Shown: piece by piece, positions 10,665 to 22,700 of the stretch
Position numbering within the stretch: position 1 is the stretch's first letter
How the letters are laid out: every line of letters starts with the position of its first letter
DNA from: Eledone cirrhosa
Taxonomy: Eukaryota
NCBI GenBank assembly: GCA_964016885.1
Contig: OZ024743.1
Coordinates: 131,192,001-131,256,000, forward strand
Reading direction: 5' to 3'
Length of the DNA stretch: 64,000 nt
Program-made: the position numbers and the translations under genes
Notes under the pieces: generated by a model
What the model was told of the DNA's origin: nothing
Seen by the model: only the letters and a program-made list of their open reading frames with translations
The model's database searches: none

Positions 10665-13600
10665 TTGGTGTTTGGTTTTTGGTGCTTGGTGCTTGGTGCT
10701 TGGTGTTTGGTGTTTGGTGCTTGGTGCTTGGTGGTTGGTGTTTGGTGCTTGGTGCTTGGTGTTTGGTGCTGGGTGCTTGGTGTTTGGTGCTTGGTGCTTG
10801 GTGCTTGGTGTTTGGTGCTGGGTGCTTGGTGTTTGGTGTTCGGTGTTATATGCTTGGTGTTTGATGCTTGGTGCTTGGTGCTTGTTGTTTGGTGTTTGGT
10901 GCTTGGTGTTTGATGCTTGGTGTTTGATGCTTGGTGCTTGTTGCTTGGTGTTTGGTGCTTGGTGCTTGGTGTTTGTACTTGGTGCTTGGTTCTTTGTGTT
11001 TGGTGCTTGGTGCTTGGTGCTTTGTGTTTGGTGCTTGGTGTTTGGTGCTTGGTGTTTGGTGCTTGGTGCCTGGTGCTTGGTGCTTGGTGCTTGGTGTTTG
11101 GTGCTTGGTGTTTGGTGCTTGGTGTTAGTTGTTTGGTGCTTGGTGCTTGGTGTTTGGTGTTTGGTGCTTGGTGTTTGGTGCTTGGTGCTTGGTGTTTGGT
11201 GTTTGGTGCTTGGTGTTTGGTGCTTGGTACTTGGTGCTTGGTGTTAGGTGTTTGGTGCTTGGTGCTTGGTGTTTGGTTTTTGGTGCTTGGTGCTTGGTGT
11301 TTGGTGTTTGGTGCTTGCTGCTGGCTGCTTGGTGCTTGGTGATTGGTGCTTGGTGTTTGGTGCTTGGTGTTTGGTGTTTGGTGTTTGGTGCTTGGTGCTT
11401 GGTGTTTGGTGCTTGGTGCTGGGTGGTTGGTGTTTGGTGCTTGGTGTTTGGTGCTGGGTGCTTGGTGTTTGGTGCTTGGTGCTTGGTCTTTGGTGCTTGG
11501 TGTTTGGTGTTTGGTGCTTGCTGCTTGGTGTTTGGTTCTTGGTGCTTGGTGTTTGGTGCTTGGTGCTTAGTGTTTGGTGCTAGGTGCTTGGGGTTTGGTG
11601 TTTGGTGCTTGGTGTTTGGTGCTTGGTGCTTGGTATTTGGTGTTTGCTGTTTACTGTTTGGTGTTTGTTGTTTGGTGTTTGTTGTTTGGTGTTTGTTGTT
11701 TGGTGTTTGTTGTTTGGTGTTTGCTGTTTGGTGTTTGGTGTTTGTTGTTTGGTGTTTGCTGTTTGGTGTCTGCTTTTTGGTGTTTGGTGTTTGCTGTATG
11801 TTGTTTGCTGTTTGGTGTTTGGTGTTTGGTATTTGGTGTTTGGTGCTTGGTGCTTGGTGTTTGGTGCTTGGTGCTTGGGGTTTGGTGCCTGGTGCTTGGT
11901 GCTTGGTGTTTGGTGTTTGGTGCTTGGTGCTTGGTGCTTGGAGTTTGGTGTTTGGTGCTTGTTGCTTGGTGTTTTGTGTTTGGTGTTTGGTTTTTGGTGC
12001 TTGGTGCTTGGTGCTTGGTCCTTGGTGTTTGGTGCTGGGTGCTTTGTGTTTGGTGCTTGGTGCTTCGTGCTTGGTGTTTGGTGTTTGCTTCTTGGTGTTT
12101 GGTGCTTGGTGCTTGGTGCTTGGTGTTTTGTGTTTGGTGCTTGGTGCTTGGTGTTTGTACTTGGTGCTTGGTGCTTGGTGTTTGGTTCCTGGTTCTTGGT
12201 GTTTGGTACTTGGTGCTTGCTGCTTGGTGCTTGGTGTTTGGTGCTTGGTGTTTGGTGCTTGGTGCTTGGTGTTTGGTGCTTGGTGTTTGGTGTTTGGTGC
12301 TTGGTGTTTGGTGTTTGGTGTTTGGTGTTTGCTGTTTGCTGTTTGGTGTCTGCTTTTTGGTGTTTGGTGTTTGCTGTATGGTGTTTGCTGTTTCGTGTTT
12401 GGTGTTTGCTGTTTGGTGTTTGGTTTTTGGTGCTTGGTGCTTGGTGCTTGGTGTTTGGTGTTTGGTGCTTGGTGCTTGGTGCTTGGTGTTTGGTGCTTGG
12501 TGCTTGGTGTTTGGTGCTGGGTGCTTGGTGTTTGGTGCTTGGTGCTTGGTGCTTGGTGTTTGGTGCTGGGTGCTTGGTGTTTGGTGTTCGGTGTTATATG
12601 CTTGGTGTTTGATGCTTGGTGCTTGGTGCTTGTTGTTTGGTGTTTGGTGCTTGGTGTTTGATGCTTGGTGTTTGATGCTTGGTGCTTGTTGCTTGGTGTT
12701 TGGTGCTTGGTGCTTGGTGTTTGTACTTGGTGCTTGGTTCTTTGTGTTTGGTGCTTGGTGCTTGGTGCTTTGTGTTTGGTGCTTGGTGTTTGGTGCTTGG
12801 TGTTTGGTGCTTGGTGCCTGGTGCTTGGTGCTTGGTGCTTGGTGTTTGGTGCTTGGTGTTTGGTGCTTGGTGTTAGTTGTTTGGTGCTTGGTGCTTGGTG
12901 TTTGGTGTTTGGTGCTTGGTGTTTGGTGCTTGGTGCTTGGTGTTTGGTGTTTGGTGCTTGGTGTTTGGTGCTTGGTACTTGGTGCTTGGTGTTAGGTGTT
13001 TGGTGCTTGGTGCTTGGTGTTTGGTTTTTGGTGCTTGGTGCTTGGTGTTTGGTGTTTGGTTCTTGCTGCTGGCTGCTTGGTGCTTGGTGATTGGTGCTTG
13101 GTGTTTGGTGCTTGGTGTTTGGTGTTTGGTGTTTGGTGCTTGGTGCTTGGTGTTTGGTGCTTGGTGCTGGGTGGTTGGTGTTTGGTGCTTGGTGTTTGGT
13201 GCTGGGTGCTTGGTGTTTGGTGCTTGGTGCTTGGTCTTTGGTGCTTGGTGTTTGGTGTTTGGTGCTTGCTGCTTGGTGTTTGGTTCTTGGTGCTTGGTGT
13301 TTGGTGCTTGGTGCTTAGTGTTTGGTGCTAGGTGCTTGGGGTTTGGTGTTTGGTGCTTGGTGTTTGGTGCTTGGTGCTTGGTATTTGGTGTTTGCTGTTT
13401 ACTGTTTGGTGTTTGTTGTTTGGTGTTTGTTGTTTGGTGTTTGTTGTTTGGTGTTTGTTGTTTGGTGTTTGCTGTTTGGTGTTTGGTGTTTGTTGTTTGG
13501 TGTTTGCTGTTTGGTGTCTGCTTTTTGGTGTTTGGTGTTTGCTGTATGTTGTTTGCTGTTTGGTGTTTGGTGTTTGGTATTTGGTGTTTGGTGCTTGGTG

Positions 13601-14165
13601 CTTGGTGTTTGGTGCTTGGTGCTTGGTGTTTGGTGCCTGGTGCTTGGTGCTTGGTGTTTGGTGTTTGGTGCTTGGTGCTTGGTGCTTGGAGTTTGGTGTT
13701 TGGTGCTTGTTGCTTGGTGTTTTGTGTTTGGTGTTTGGTTTTTGGTGCTTGGTGCTTGGTGCTTGGTCCTTGGTGTTTGGTGCTGGGTGCTTTGTGTTTG
13801 GTGCTTGGTGCTTCGTGCTTGGTGTTTGGTGTTTGCTTCTTGGTGTTTGGTGCTTGGTGCTTGGTGCTTGGTGTTTTGTGTTTGGTGCTTGGTGCTTGGT
13901 GTTTGTACTTGGTGCTTGGTGCTTGGTGTTTGGTTCCTGGTTCTTGGTGTTTGGTACTTGGTGCTTGCTGCTTGGTGCTTGGTGTTTGGTGCTTGGTGTT
14001 TGGTGCTTGGTGCTTGGTGTTTGGTGCTTGGTGTTTGGTGTTTGGTGCTTGGTGTTTGGTGTTTGGTGTTTGGTGTTTGCTGTTTGCTGTTTGGTGTCTG
14101 CTTTTTGGTGTTTGGTGTTTGCTGTATGGTGTTTGCTGTTTCGTGTTTGGTGTTTGCTGTTTGGT
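10665..14165. repeat. Higher-order tandem duplication, 2 copies of 1748 bp
   Basis: ORF offsets of 1748 (10917/12665, 11129/12877, 11248/12996, 11343/13091, 11574/13322). Rare marker gttagttgttt near 11124 and 12872. Confidence 0.92.
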
Positions 14166-14729
14166 GTTTGGTCTTTGGTGCTTGGTGTTTGGTGCTTGGT
14201 GCTTGGTGTTTGGTGTTTGGTGCTTCGTGCTTGGTGTTTGGTGTTTGGTGCTTGGTGCTTGGTGCTTGGTGTTTGGTGTTTGGTGCTTGGTGTCTGGTGC
14301 TTGGCGTTTGGTGCTTGGTGTTTGGTGTCTGGTGTTTGGTGCTTGGTGCTTGGTGCTTGGTGTTTGGTTCTTGGTTCTTGGTGTTTGGTACTTGGTGCTT
14401 GGTGCTTGGTGTTTGGTGCTTGGTGTTTGGTGCTTGGTGCTTGGTGTTTGGTGCTTGGTGTTTGGTGCTTGGTGCTTGGTATTTGGTGTTTGGTGTTTGG
14501 TGTTTGCTGTTTGCTGTTTGGTGTTTGGTGTTTGCTGTTTGCTGTTTGGTGTCTGCTTTTTGGTGTTTGGTGTTTGCTGTATGGTGCTTGCTGTTTGGTG
14601 TTTGGTGTTTGCTGTTTGGTGTTTGGTCTTTGGTGCTTGGTGTTTGGTGCTTGGTGCTTGGTGTTTGGTGTTTGGTGCTTGGTGCTTGGTGTTTGGTGTT
14701 TGGTGCTTGGTGCTTGGTGTCTGGTGCTT

Positions 14730-16950
14730 GGTGCTTGGTGCTTGGTGTTTGGTGCTTGGTGTTTGGCGTTTGGTGCTTGTTGCTTGGTGCTTGGTGTTTG
14801 GTGCTTGGTGCTTGGTGCTGGGTGCTGGGTGCTTGGTCTTTGGTGCTTGGTGTTTGGTGTTTGGTGCTTGGTGCTTGGTGCTTGGTGTTTGGTGCTTGGT
14901 GATTAGTGTTTGGTGCTTGGTGCTTGGGGTTTGGTGTTTGGTGCTTGGTGCTTGGTGTTTGGTGCTTGGTACTTGGTGTTTGGTGCTTGGTGTTTGGTGT
15001 TTGCTGTTTGGTGTTTGGTGTTTGGTGTTTGGTGTTTGCTGTTTGGTGTCTGCTTTTTGGTGTTTGGTGTTTGCTGTATGGTGTTTGCTGTTTCGTGTTT
15101 GGTGTTTGCTGTTTGCTGTTTGGTGTTTGGTGTTTGCTGTTTGGTGTTTGGTCTTTGGTGCTTGGTGATTGGTGCTTGGTGTTTGGTGTTTGGTGCTTGG
15201 TGTTTGGTTTTTGGTGCTTGGTGCTTGGTGCTTGGTGTTTGGTGTTTGGTGCTTGGTGCTTGGTGCTTGGTGTTTGGTGCTTGGTGCTTGGTGTTTGGTG
15301 CTGGGTGCTTGGTGTTTGGTGCTTGGTGCTTGGTGCTTGGTGTTTGGTGCTGGGTGCTTGGTGTTTGGTGTTCGGTGTTATATGCTTGGTGTTTGATGCT
15401 TGGTGCTTGGTGCTTGTTGTTTGGTGTTTGGTGCTTGGTGTTTGATGCTTGGTGTTTGATGCTTGGTGCTTGTTGCTTGGTGTTTGGTGCTTGGTGCTTG
15501 GTATTTGTACTTGGTGCTTGGTTCTTTGTGTTTGGTGCTTGGTGCTTGGTGCTTTGTGTTTGGTGCTTGGTGTTTGGTGCTTGGTGTTTGGTGCTTGGTG
15601 CCTGGTGCTTGGTGCTTGGTGCTTGGTGTTTGGTGCTTGGTGTTTGGTGCTTGGTGTTAGTTGTTTGGTGCTTGGTGCTTGGTGTTTGGTGTTTGGTGCT
15701 TGGTGTTTGGTGCTTGGTGCTTGGTGTTTGGTGTTTGGTGCTTGGTGTTTGGTGCTTGGTACTTGGTGCTTGGTGTTAGGTGTTTGGTGCTTGGTGCTTG
15801 GTGTTTGGTTTTTGGTGCTTGGTGCTTGGTGTTTGGTGTTTGGTGCTTGCTGCTGGCTGCTTGGTGCTTGGTGATTGGTGCTTGGTGTTTGGTGCTTGGT
15901 GTTTGGTGTTTGGTGTTTGGTGCTTGGTGCTTGGTGTTTGGTGCTTGGTGCTGGGTGGTTGGTGTTTGGTGCTTGGTGTTTGGTGCTGGGTGCTTGGTGT
16001 TTGGTGCTTGGTGCTTGGTCTTTGGTGCTTGGTGTTTGGTGTTTGGTGCTTGCTGCTTGGTGTTTGGTTCTTGGTGCTTGGTGTTTGGTGCTTGGTGCTT
16101 AGTGTTTGGTGCTAGGTGCTTGGGGTTTGGTGTTTGGTGCTTGGTGTTTGGTGCTTGGTGCTTGGTATTTGGTGTTTGCTGTTTACTGTTTGGTGTTTGT
16201 TGTTTGGTGTTTGTTGTTTGGTGTTTGTTGTTTGGTGTTTGTTGTTTGGTGTTTGCTGTTTGGTGTTTGGTGTTTGTTGTTTGGTGTTTGCTGTTTGGTG
16301 TCTGCTTTTTGGTGTTTGGTGTTTGCTGTATGTTGTTTGCTGTTTGGTGTTTGGTGTTTGGTATTTGGTGTTTGGTGCTTGGTGCTTGGTGTTTGGTGCT
16401 TGGTGCTTGGGGTTTGGTGCCTGGTGCTTGGTGCTTGGTGTTTGGTGTTTGGTGCTTGGTGCTTGGTGCTTGGAGTTTGGTGTTTGGTGCTTGTTGCTTG
16501 GTGTTTTGTGTTTGGTGTTTGGTTTTTGGTGCTTGGTGCTTGGTGCTTGGTCCTTGGTGTTTGGTGCTGGGTGCTTTGTGTTTGGTGCTTGGTGCTTCGT
16601 GCTTGGTGTTTGGTGTTTGCTTCTTGGTGTTTGGTGCTTGGTGCTTGGTGCTTGGTGTTTTGTGTTTGGTGCTTGGTGCTTGGTGTTTGTACTTGGTGCT
16701 TGGTGCTTGGTGTTTGGTTCCTGGTTCTTGGTGTTTGGTACTTGGTGCTTGCTGCTTGGTGCTTGGTGTTTGGTGCTTGGTGTTTGGTGCTTGGTGCTTG
16801 GTGTTTGGTGCTTGGTGTTTGGTGTTTGGTGCTTGGTGTTTGGTGTTTGGTGTTTGGTGTTTGCTGTTTGCTGTTTGGTGTCTGCTTTTTGGTGTTTGGT
16901 GTTTGCTGTATGGTGTTTGCTGTTTCGTGTTTGGTGTTTGCTGTTTGGTG
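14730..16950. repeat. Third copy of the about 10200-12420 block (offset 4532 bp; 2784 bp from copy 2)
   Basis: ORF offsets of 4532 (10374/14906, 10637/15169, 10917/15449, 11129/15661, 11574/16106). Markers ttggcgt at 10231/14763 and gttagttg near 15656. Confidence 0.9.
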
Positions 16951-18789
16951 TTTGGTCTTTGGTGCTTGGTGTTTGGTGCTTGGTGCTTGGTGTTTGGTGT
17001 TTGGTGCTTCGTGCTTGGTGTTTGGTGTTTGGTGCTTGGTGTTTGGTGCTTGGTGTTTGGTGTTTGGTGCTTGGTGTCTGGTGCTTGGTGTTTGGTGCTT
17101 GGTGTTTGGTGTCTGGTGTTTGGTGCTTGGTGCTTGGTGTTTGGTGTTTGGTGCTTGGTGTTTGGTGTTTGGTGTTTGGTGCTTGTTGCTTGGTGCTTGG
17201 TGTTTGGTGCTTGGTGCTTGGTGTTTGGTGTTATATGCTTGGTGTTTGATGCTTGGTGCTTGGTGTTTGGTGTTTGATGCTTGGTGCTTGATGCTTGGTG
17301 CTTGGTGCTTGGTGTTTGGTGCTTGGTGCTTGGTGTTTGTACTTGTTGCTTGGTGCTTGATGCTTGGTGATTGGTGTTTGGTGCTTGGTTCTTGGTGTTT
17401 GGTGCTTGGTGTTTGGTGCTTGGTGCTTGGTGTTTGGTGCTTGGTGCTTGGTGTTTGGTGTTTGGTGCTTGGTGCTTGGTTCTTGGTGTTTGGTGCTTGG
17501 TGCTTGGTGCTTGGTGTTTGGTGCTTGGTGCTTGGTGTTTGGTGCTTGGTGTTTGGTGCTTGGTGTTTTGTGCTTGGTGCTTGGTGCTTGGTGCATGGTG
17601 CTTGGTGTTTGGTGCTTGGTGTTTGGTGCTTGGTGTTAGGTGTTTGGTGCTTAGTGCTTGGTGTTTGGTGTTTGGTGCTTGGTGTTTGGTGCTTGGTGCT
17701 TGGTGTTTGGTGTTTGGTGCTTGGTGTTTGGTGCTTGCTACGTGGTGCTTGGTGCTTGGTGTTAGGTGTTTGGTGCTTGGTGTGTGGTGTTTGGTTTTTG
17801 GTGCTTGGTGCTTGGTGTTTGGTGTTTGGTGCTTGCTGCTGGCTGCTTGGTGTTTGGTGCTTGGTGATTGGTGCTTGGTGTTTGGTGCTTGGTGTTTGGT
17901 GTTTGGTGCTAGGTGCTTGGTGCTTGGTGTTTGGTGCTTGGTGCTTGGTGTTTGGTGTTTGGTGCTTTGTGCTTGGTGTTTGGTGCTTGGTGCTGGGTGG
18001 TTGGTGTTTGGTGCTTGGTGTTTGGTGCTGGGTGCTTGGTGTTTGGTGCTTGGTGCTTGGTGTTTGTACTTGTTGCTTGGTGCTTGATGCTTGGTGATTG
18101 GTGTTTGGTGCTTGGTGCTTGGTGCTTGGTGCTTGGTGTTTGATGCTTGGTGCTTGGTGTTTGGTGCTTGGTGCTTAGTGTTTGGTGCTAGGTGCTTGGG
18201 GTTTGGTGTTTGGTGCTTGGTGCTTGGTGCTTGGTGTTTGGTGCTTGGTGCTTGGTGCTTGGTCTTTGGTGTTTGGTGTTTAGTTCTTGGTGCTTGGTGC
18301 TTGGTGTTTGGTGCTTGGTGCTTGGTGCATTGTGATTAGTGTTTGGTGCTTGGTGCTTGGGGTTTGGTGTTTGGTGCTTGGTAATTGGTGTTTGGTGCTT
18401 GGTGTTTGCTGTTTGCTGTTTGGTGTTTTTGGTGTTTGCTCTTTGCTGTTTGGTGTCTGCTTTTTGGTGTTTGGTGTTTGCTGTTTGGTGTTTGGTGTTT
18501 GGTGTTTGGTCTTTGGTGCTTGGTCTTTGGTGCTTGGTGTTTGGTGCTTGGTGCTTGGTGTTTGGTGTTTGGTGCTTGGTGCCTGGTGCTTGTTGTTTGG
18601 TGATTGGTGCTTGGTGTTTGCTGTTTGGTGTTTGGTGTTTGGTGTTTGCTGTTTGGTGTTTGGTGCTTGGTGCTTGGTGCTTGGTGTTTGGTGCTTGGTG
18701 CTTGGTGTTTGGTGCTTGGTGCTTGGTGTTTGGTGCTTGGTGCCTGGTGCTTGTTGTTTGGTGATTGGTGCTTGGTGTTTGCTGTTTGG

Positions 18790-19720
18790 TGTTTGCTGTT
18801 TGCTGTTTGCTGTTTGGTGTTTGGTGTTTGCTGTTTGGTGTTTGGTGCTTGGTGCTTGGTGCTTGGTGTTTGGTGCTTGGTGCTTGGTGTTTGGTGCTTG
18901 GTGCTTGATGGTTGGTGTTTGTACTTGGTGCTTGGTGCTTGGTGTTTTGTGCTTGATTCTTGGTGTTTGGTGCTTGGGGTTTGCTGCTTAGTGCTTGGTG
19001 TTTGGTGTTTGGTGCTTGGTGTTTGGTGCTTGGTGCTTGGTGCTTGGTGTTAGGTGTTTGGTGTTTGGTGTTTCGTGTTTGGTGCTTCATGCTTGGTGCT
19101 TGGTGTTTGGTGCTTGGTGCTTGGTGTTTGGTGCTTGGTGCCTGGTGTTTGGTGCTTGATGCTTGGTGTTTGGTGTTTGGTGCTTGGTGCTTGGTGTTTG
19201 GTGTTTGGCGTTTGCTGTTTGCTGTTTGGTGTTTGGTGTTTGCTGTTTGCTGTTTGGTGTTTGGTGCTGGGTGCTTGGTGTTTGGTGTTTGATGCTTGGT
19301 GTTTGATGCTTGGTGCTTGGTGCTTGGTGTTTGGTGTTTGGTGTTTGCTGTTTGGTGTTTGGTGCTTGGTGCTTGGTGCTTGGTGTTTGGTGCTTGGTGC
19401 TTGGTGTTTGGTGCTTGGTGCTTGATGGTTGGTGTTTGTACTTGGTGCTTGGTGCTTGGTGTTTTGTGCTTGATTCTTGGTGTTTGGTGCTTGGTGTTTG
19501 CTGCTTAGTGCTTGGTGTTTGGTGTTTGGTGCTTGGTGTTTGGTGCTTGGTGCTTGGTGCTTGGTGTTAGGTGTTTGGTGCTTGGTGTTTGGTGTTTGGT
19601 GCTTCATGCTTGGTGCTTGGTGTTTGGTGCTTGGTGCTTGGTGTTTGGTGCTTGGTGCCTGGTGTTTGGTGCTTGATGCTTGGTGTTTGGTGTTTGGTGC
19701 TTGGTGTTTGGTGCTTGGTG
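18790..19720. repeat. Internal 517-bp tandem duplication within the 5.4 kb HOR (recurs at about 24240-25170 and 30100-31120)
   Basis: cttgatggttggtgtttgtac at 18904 and 19421. ORF offsets of 517 (18960/19477, 24408/24925, 30179/30696, 30193/30710). Confidence 0.85.
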
Positions 19721-22700
19721 CTTGGTGCTTGGTGTTAGGTGTTAGGTGTTTGATGCTTGGTGTTTGCTGTTTGGTGTTTGTTGTTTGCTGTTTGGTGTTT
19801 GGTCTTTGGTGCTTGGTCTTTGGTGCTTGGTGTTTGGTGCTTGGTGCTTGGTGTTTGGTGTTTGGTGCTTGGTGCCTGGTGCTTGTTGTTTGGTGATTGG
19901 TGCTTGGTGTTTGCTGTTTGGTGTTTGTTGTTTGCTGTTTGGTGTTTGGTCTTTGGTGCTTGGTCTTTGGTGCTTGGTGTTTGGTGCTTGGTGCTTGGTG
20001 TTTGGTGTTTGGTGCTTGGTGCCTGGTGCTTGTTGCTTGGTGATTGGTGCCTGGTGCCTTGTGTTTGGTGCTTGGTGCTTTGTGCTTGGTGTTTGGTGTT
20101 TGCTGCTTGGTGTTTGGTGCTTGGTGCTTCGTGCTTGGTGTTTTGTGTTTGGTGCTTGGTGCTTGGTGTTTGGTGCTTGGTGCTTGGTGCTTGGTGTTTG
20201 TACTTGGTGCTTGGTGCTTGGTGTTTGGTTCTTGGTTCTTGGTGTTTGGTACTTGGTGCTTGGTGCTTGGTGCTTGGTGTTTGGTGCTTGGTGTTTGGTG
20301 CTTGGTGCTTGGTGTTTGGTGCTTGGTGTTTGGTGCTTGGTGCTTGGTATTTGGTGTTTGGTGTTTGGTGTTTGCTGTTTGCTGTTTGGTGTTTGGTGTT
20401 TGCTGTTTGCTGTTTGGTGTCTGCTTTTTGGTGTTTGGTGTTTGCTGTATGGTGTTTGCTGTTTGGTGTTTGGTGTTTGCTGTTTGGTGTTTGGTCTTTG
20501 GTGCTTGGTGTTTGGTGCTTGGTGCTTGGTGTTTGGTGTTTGGTGCTTGGTGCTTGGTGTTTGGTGTTTGGTGCTTGGTGCTTGGTGTCTGGTGCTTGGT
20601 GCTTGGTGCTTGGTGTTTGGTGTTTGGTGTTTGGTGCTTGGTGCTTGGTGCTTGGTGTTTGGTGCTTGGTGTTTGGCGTTTGGTGCTTGTTGCTTGGTGC
20701 TTGGTGTTTGGTGCTTGGTGCTTGGTGCTGGGTGCTGGGTGCTTGGTCTTTGGTGCTTGGTGTTTGGTGTTTGGTGCTTGGTGCTTGGTGCTTGGTGTTT
20801 GGTGCTTGGTGATTAGTGTTTGGTGCTTGGTGCTTGGGGTTTGGTGTTTGGTGCTTGGTGCTTGGTGTTTGGTGCTTGGTACTTGGTGTTTGGTGCTTGG
20901 TGTTTGGTGTTTGCTGTTTGGTGTTTGGTGTTTGGTGTTTGGTGTTTGCTGTTTGGTGTCTGCTTTTTGGTGTTTGGTGTTTGCTGTATGGTGTTTGCTG
21001 TTTCTTGTTTGGTGTTTGCTGTTTGCTGTTTGGTGTTTGGTGTTTGCTGTTTGGTGTTTGGTCTTTGGTGCTTGGTGATTGGTGCTTGGTGTTTGGTGTT
21101 TGGTGCTTGGTGTTTGGTTTTTGGTGCTTGGTGCTTGGTGCTTGGTGTTTGGTGTTTGGTGCTTGGTGCTTGGTGCTTGGTGTTTGGTGCTTGGTGCTTG
21201 GTGTTTGGTGCTGGGTGCTTGGTGTTTGGTGCTTGGTGCTTGGTGCTTGGTGTTTGGTGCTGGGTGCTTGGTGTTTGGTGTTCGGTGTTATATGCTTGGT
21301 GTTTGATGCTTGGTGCTTGGTGCTTGTTGTTTGGTGTTTGGTGTTTGGTGTTTGATGCTTGGTGTTTGATGCTTGGTGCTTGTTGCTTGGTGTTTGGTGC
21401 TTGGTGCTTGGTGTTTGTACTTGGTGCTTGGTTCTTTGTGTTTGGTGCTTGGTGCTTGGTGCTTTGTGTTTGGTGCTTGGTGTTTGGTGCTTGGTGTTTG
21501 GTGCTTGGTGCCTGGTGCTTGGTGCTTGGTGCTTGGTGTTTGGTGCTTGGTGTTTGGTGCTTGGTGTTAGGTGTTTGGTGCTTGGTGCTTGGTGTTTGGT
21601 GCTTGGTGCTTGGTGTTTGGTGTTTGGTGCTTGGTGTTTGGTGCTTGGTACTTGGTGCTTGGTGTTAGGTGTTTGGTGCTTGGTGCTTGGTGTTTGGTTT
21701 TTGGTGCTTGGTGCTTGGTGTTTGGTGTTTGGTGCTTGCTGCTGGCTGCTTGGTGCTTGGTGATTGGTGCTTGGTGTTTGGTGCTTGGTGTTTGGTGTTT
21801 GGTGTTTGGTGCTTGGTGCTTGGTGTTTGGTGCTTGGTGCTGGGTGGTTGGTGTTTGGTGCTTGGTGTTTGGTGCTGGGTGCTTGGTGTTTGGTGCTTGG
21901 TGCTTGGTCTTTGGTGCTTGGTGTTTGGTGTTGGGTGCTTAGTGTTTGGTGCTATGTGCTTGGGGTTTGGTGTTTGGTGCTTGGTGTTTGGTGCTTGGTG
22001 CTTGGTATTTGGTGTTTGCTGTTTACTGTTTGGTGTTTGTTGTTTGGTGTTTGTTGTTTGGTGTTTGTTGTTTGGTGTTTGTTGTTTGGTGTCTGCTTTT
22101 TGGTGTTTGGTGTTTGCTGTATGTTGTTTGCTGTTTGGTGTTTGGTGTTTGGTATTTGGTGTTTGGTGCTTGGTGCTTGGTGTTTGGTGCTTGGTGCTTG
22201 GTGTTTGGTGCCTGGTGCTTGGTGCTTGGTGTTTGGTGTTTGGTGCTTGGTGCTTGGTGCTTGGAGTTTGGTGTTTGGTGCTTGTTGCTTGGTGTTTTGT
22301 GTTTGGTGTTTGGTTTTTGGTGCTTGGTGCTTGGTGCTTGGTCCTTGGTGTTTGGTGCTGGGTGCTTTGTGTTTGGTGCTTGGTGCTTCGTGCTTGGTGT
22401 TTGGTGTTTGCTTCTTGGTGTTTGGTGCTTGGTGCTTGGTGCTTGGTGTTTTGTGTTTGGTGCTTGGTGCTTGGTGTTTGTACTTGGTGCTTGGTGCTTG
22501 GTGTTTGGTTCCTGGTTCTTGGTGTTTGGTACTTGGTGCTTGCTGCTTGGTGCTTGGTGTTTGGTGCTTGGTGTTTGGTGCTTGGTGCTTGGTGTTTGGT
22601 GCTTGGTGTTTGGTGTTTGGTGCTTGGTGTTTGGTGTTTGGTGTTTGGTGTTTGCTGTTTGCTGTTTGGTGTCTGCTTTTTGGTGTTTGGTGTTTGCTGT

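Noticed and set aside
19760-20050. 147-bp period as a nucleosome-length signal
   Set aside because: 147 is simply 21 units. It is one of many multiples of 7 observed (63, 84, 161) and is not a dominant period.
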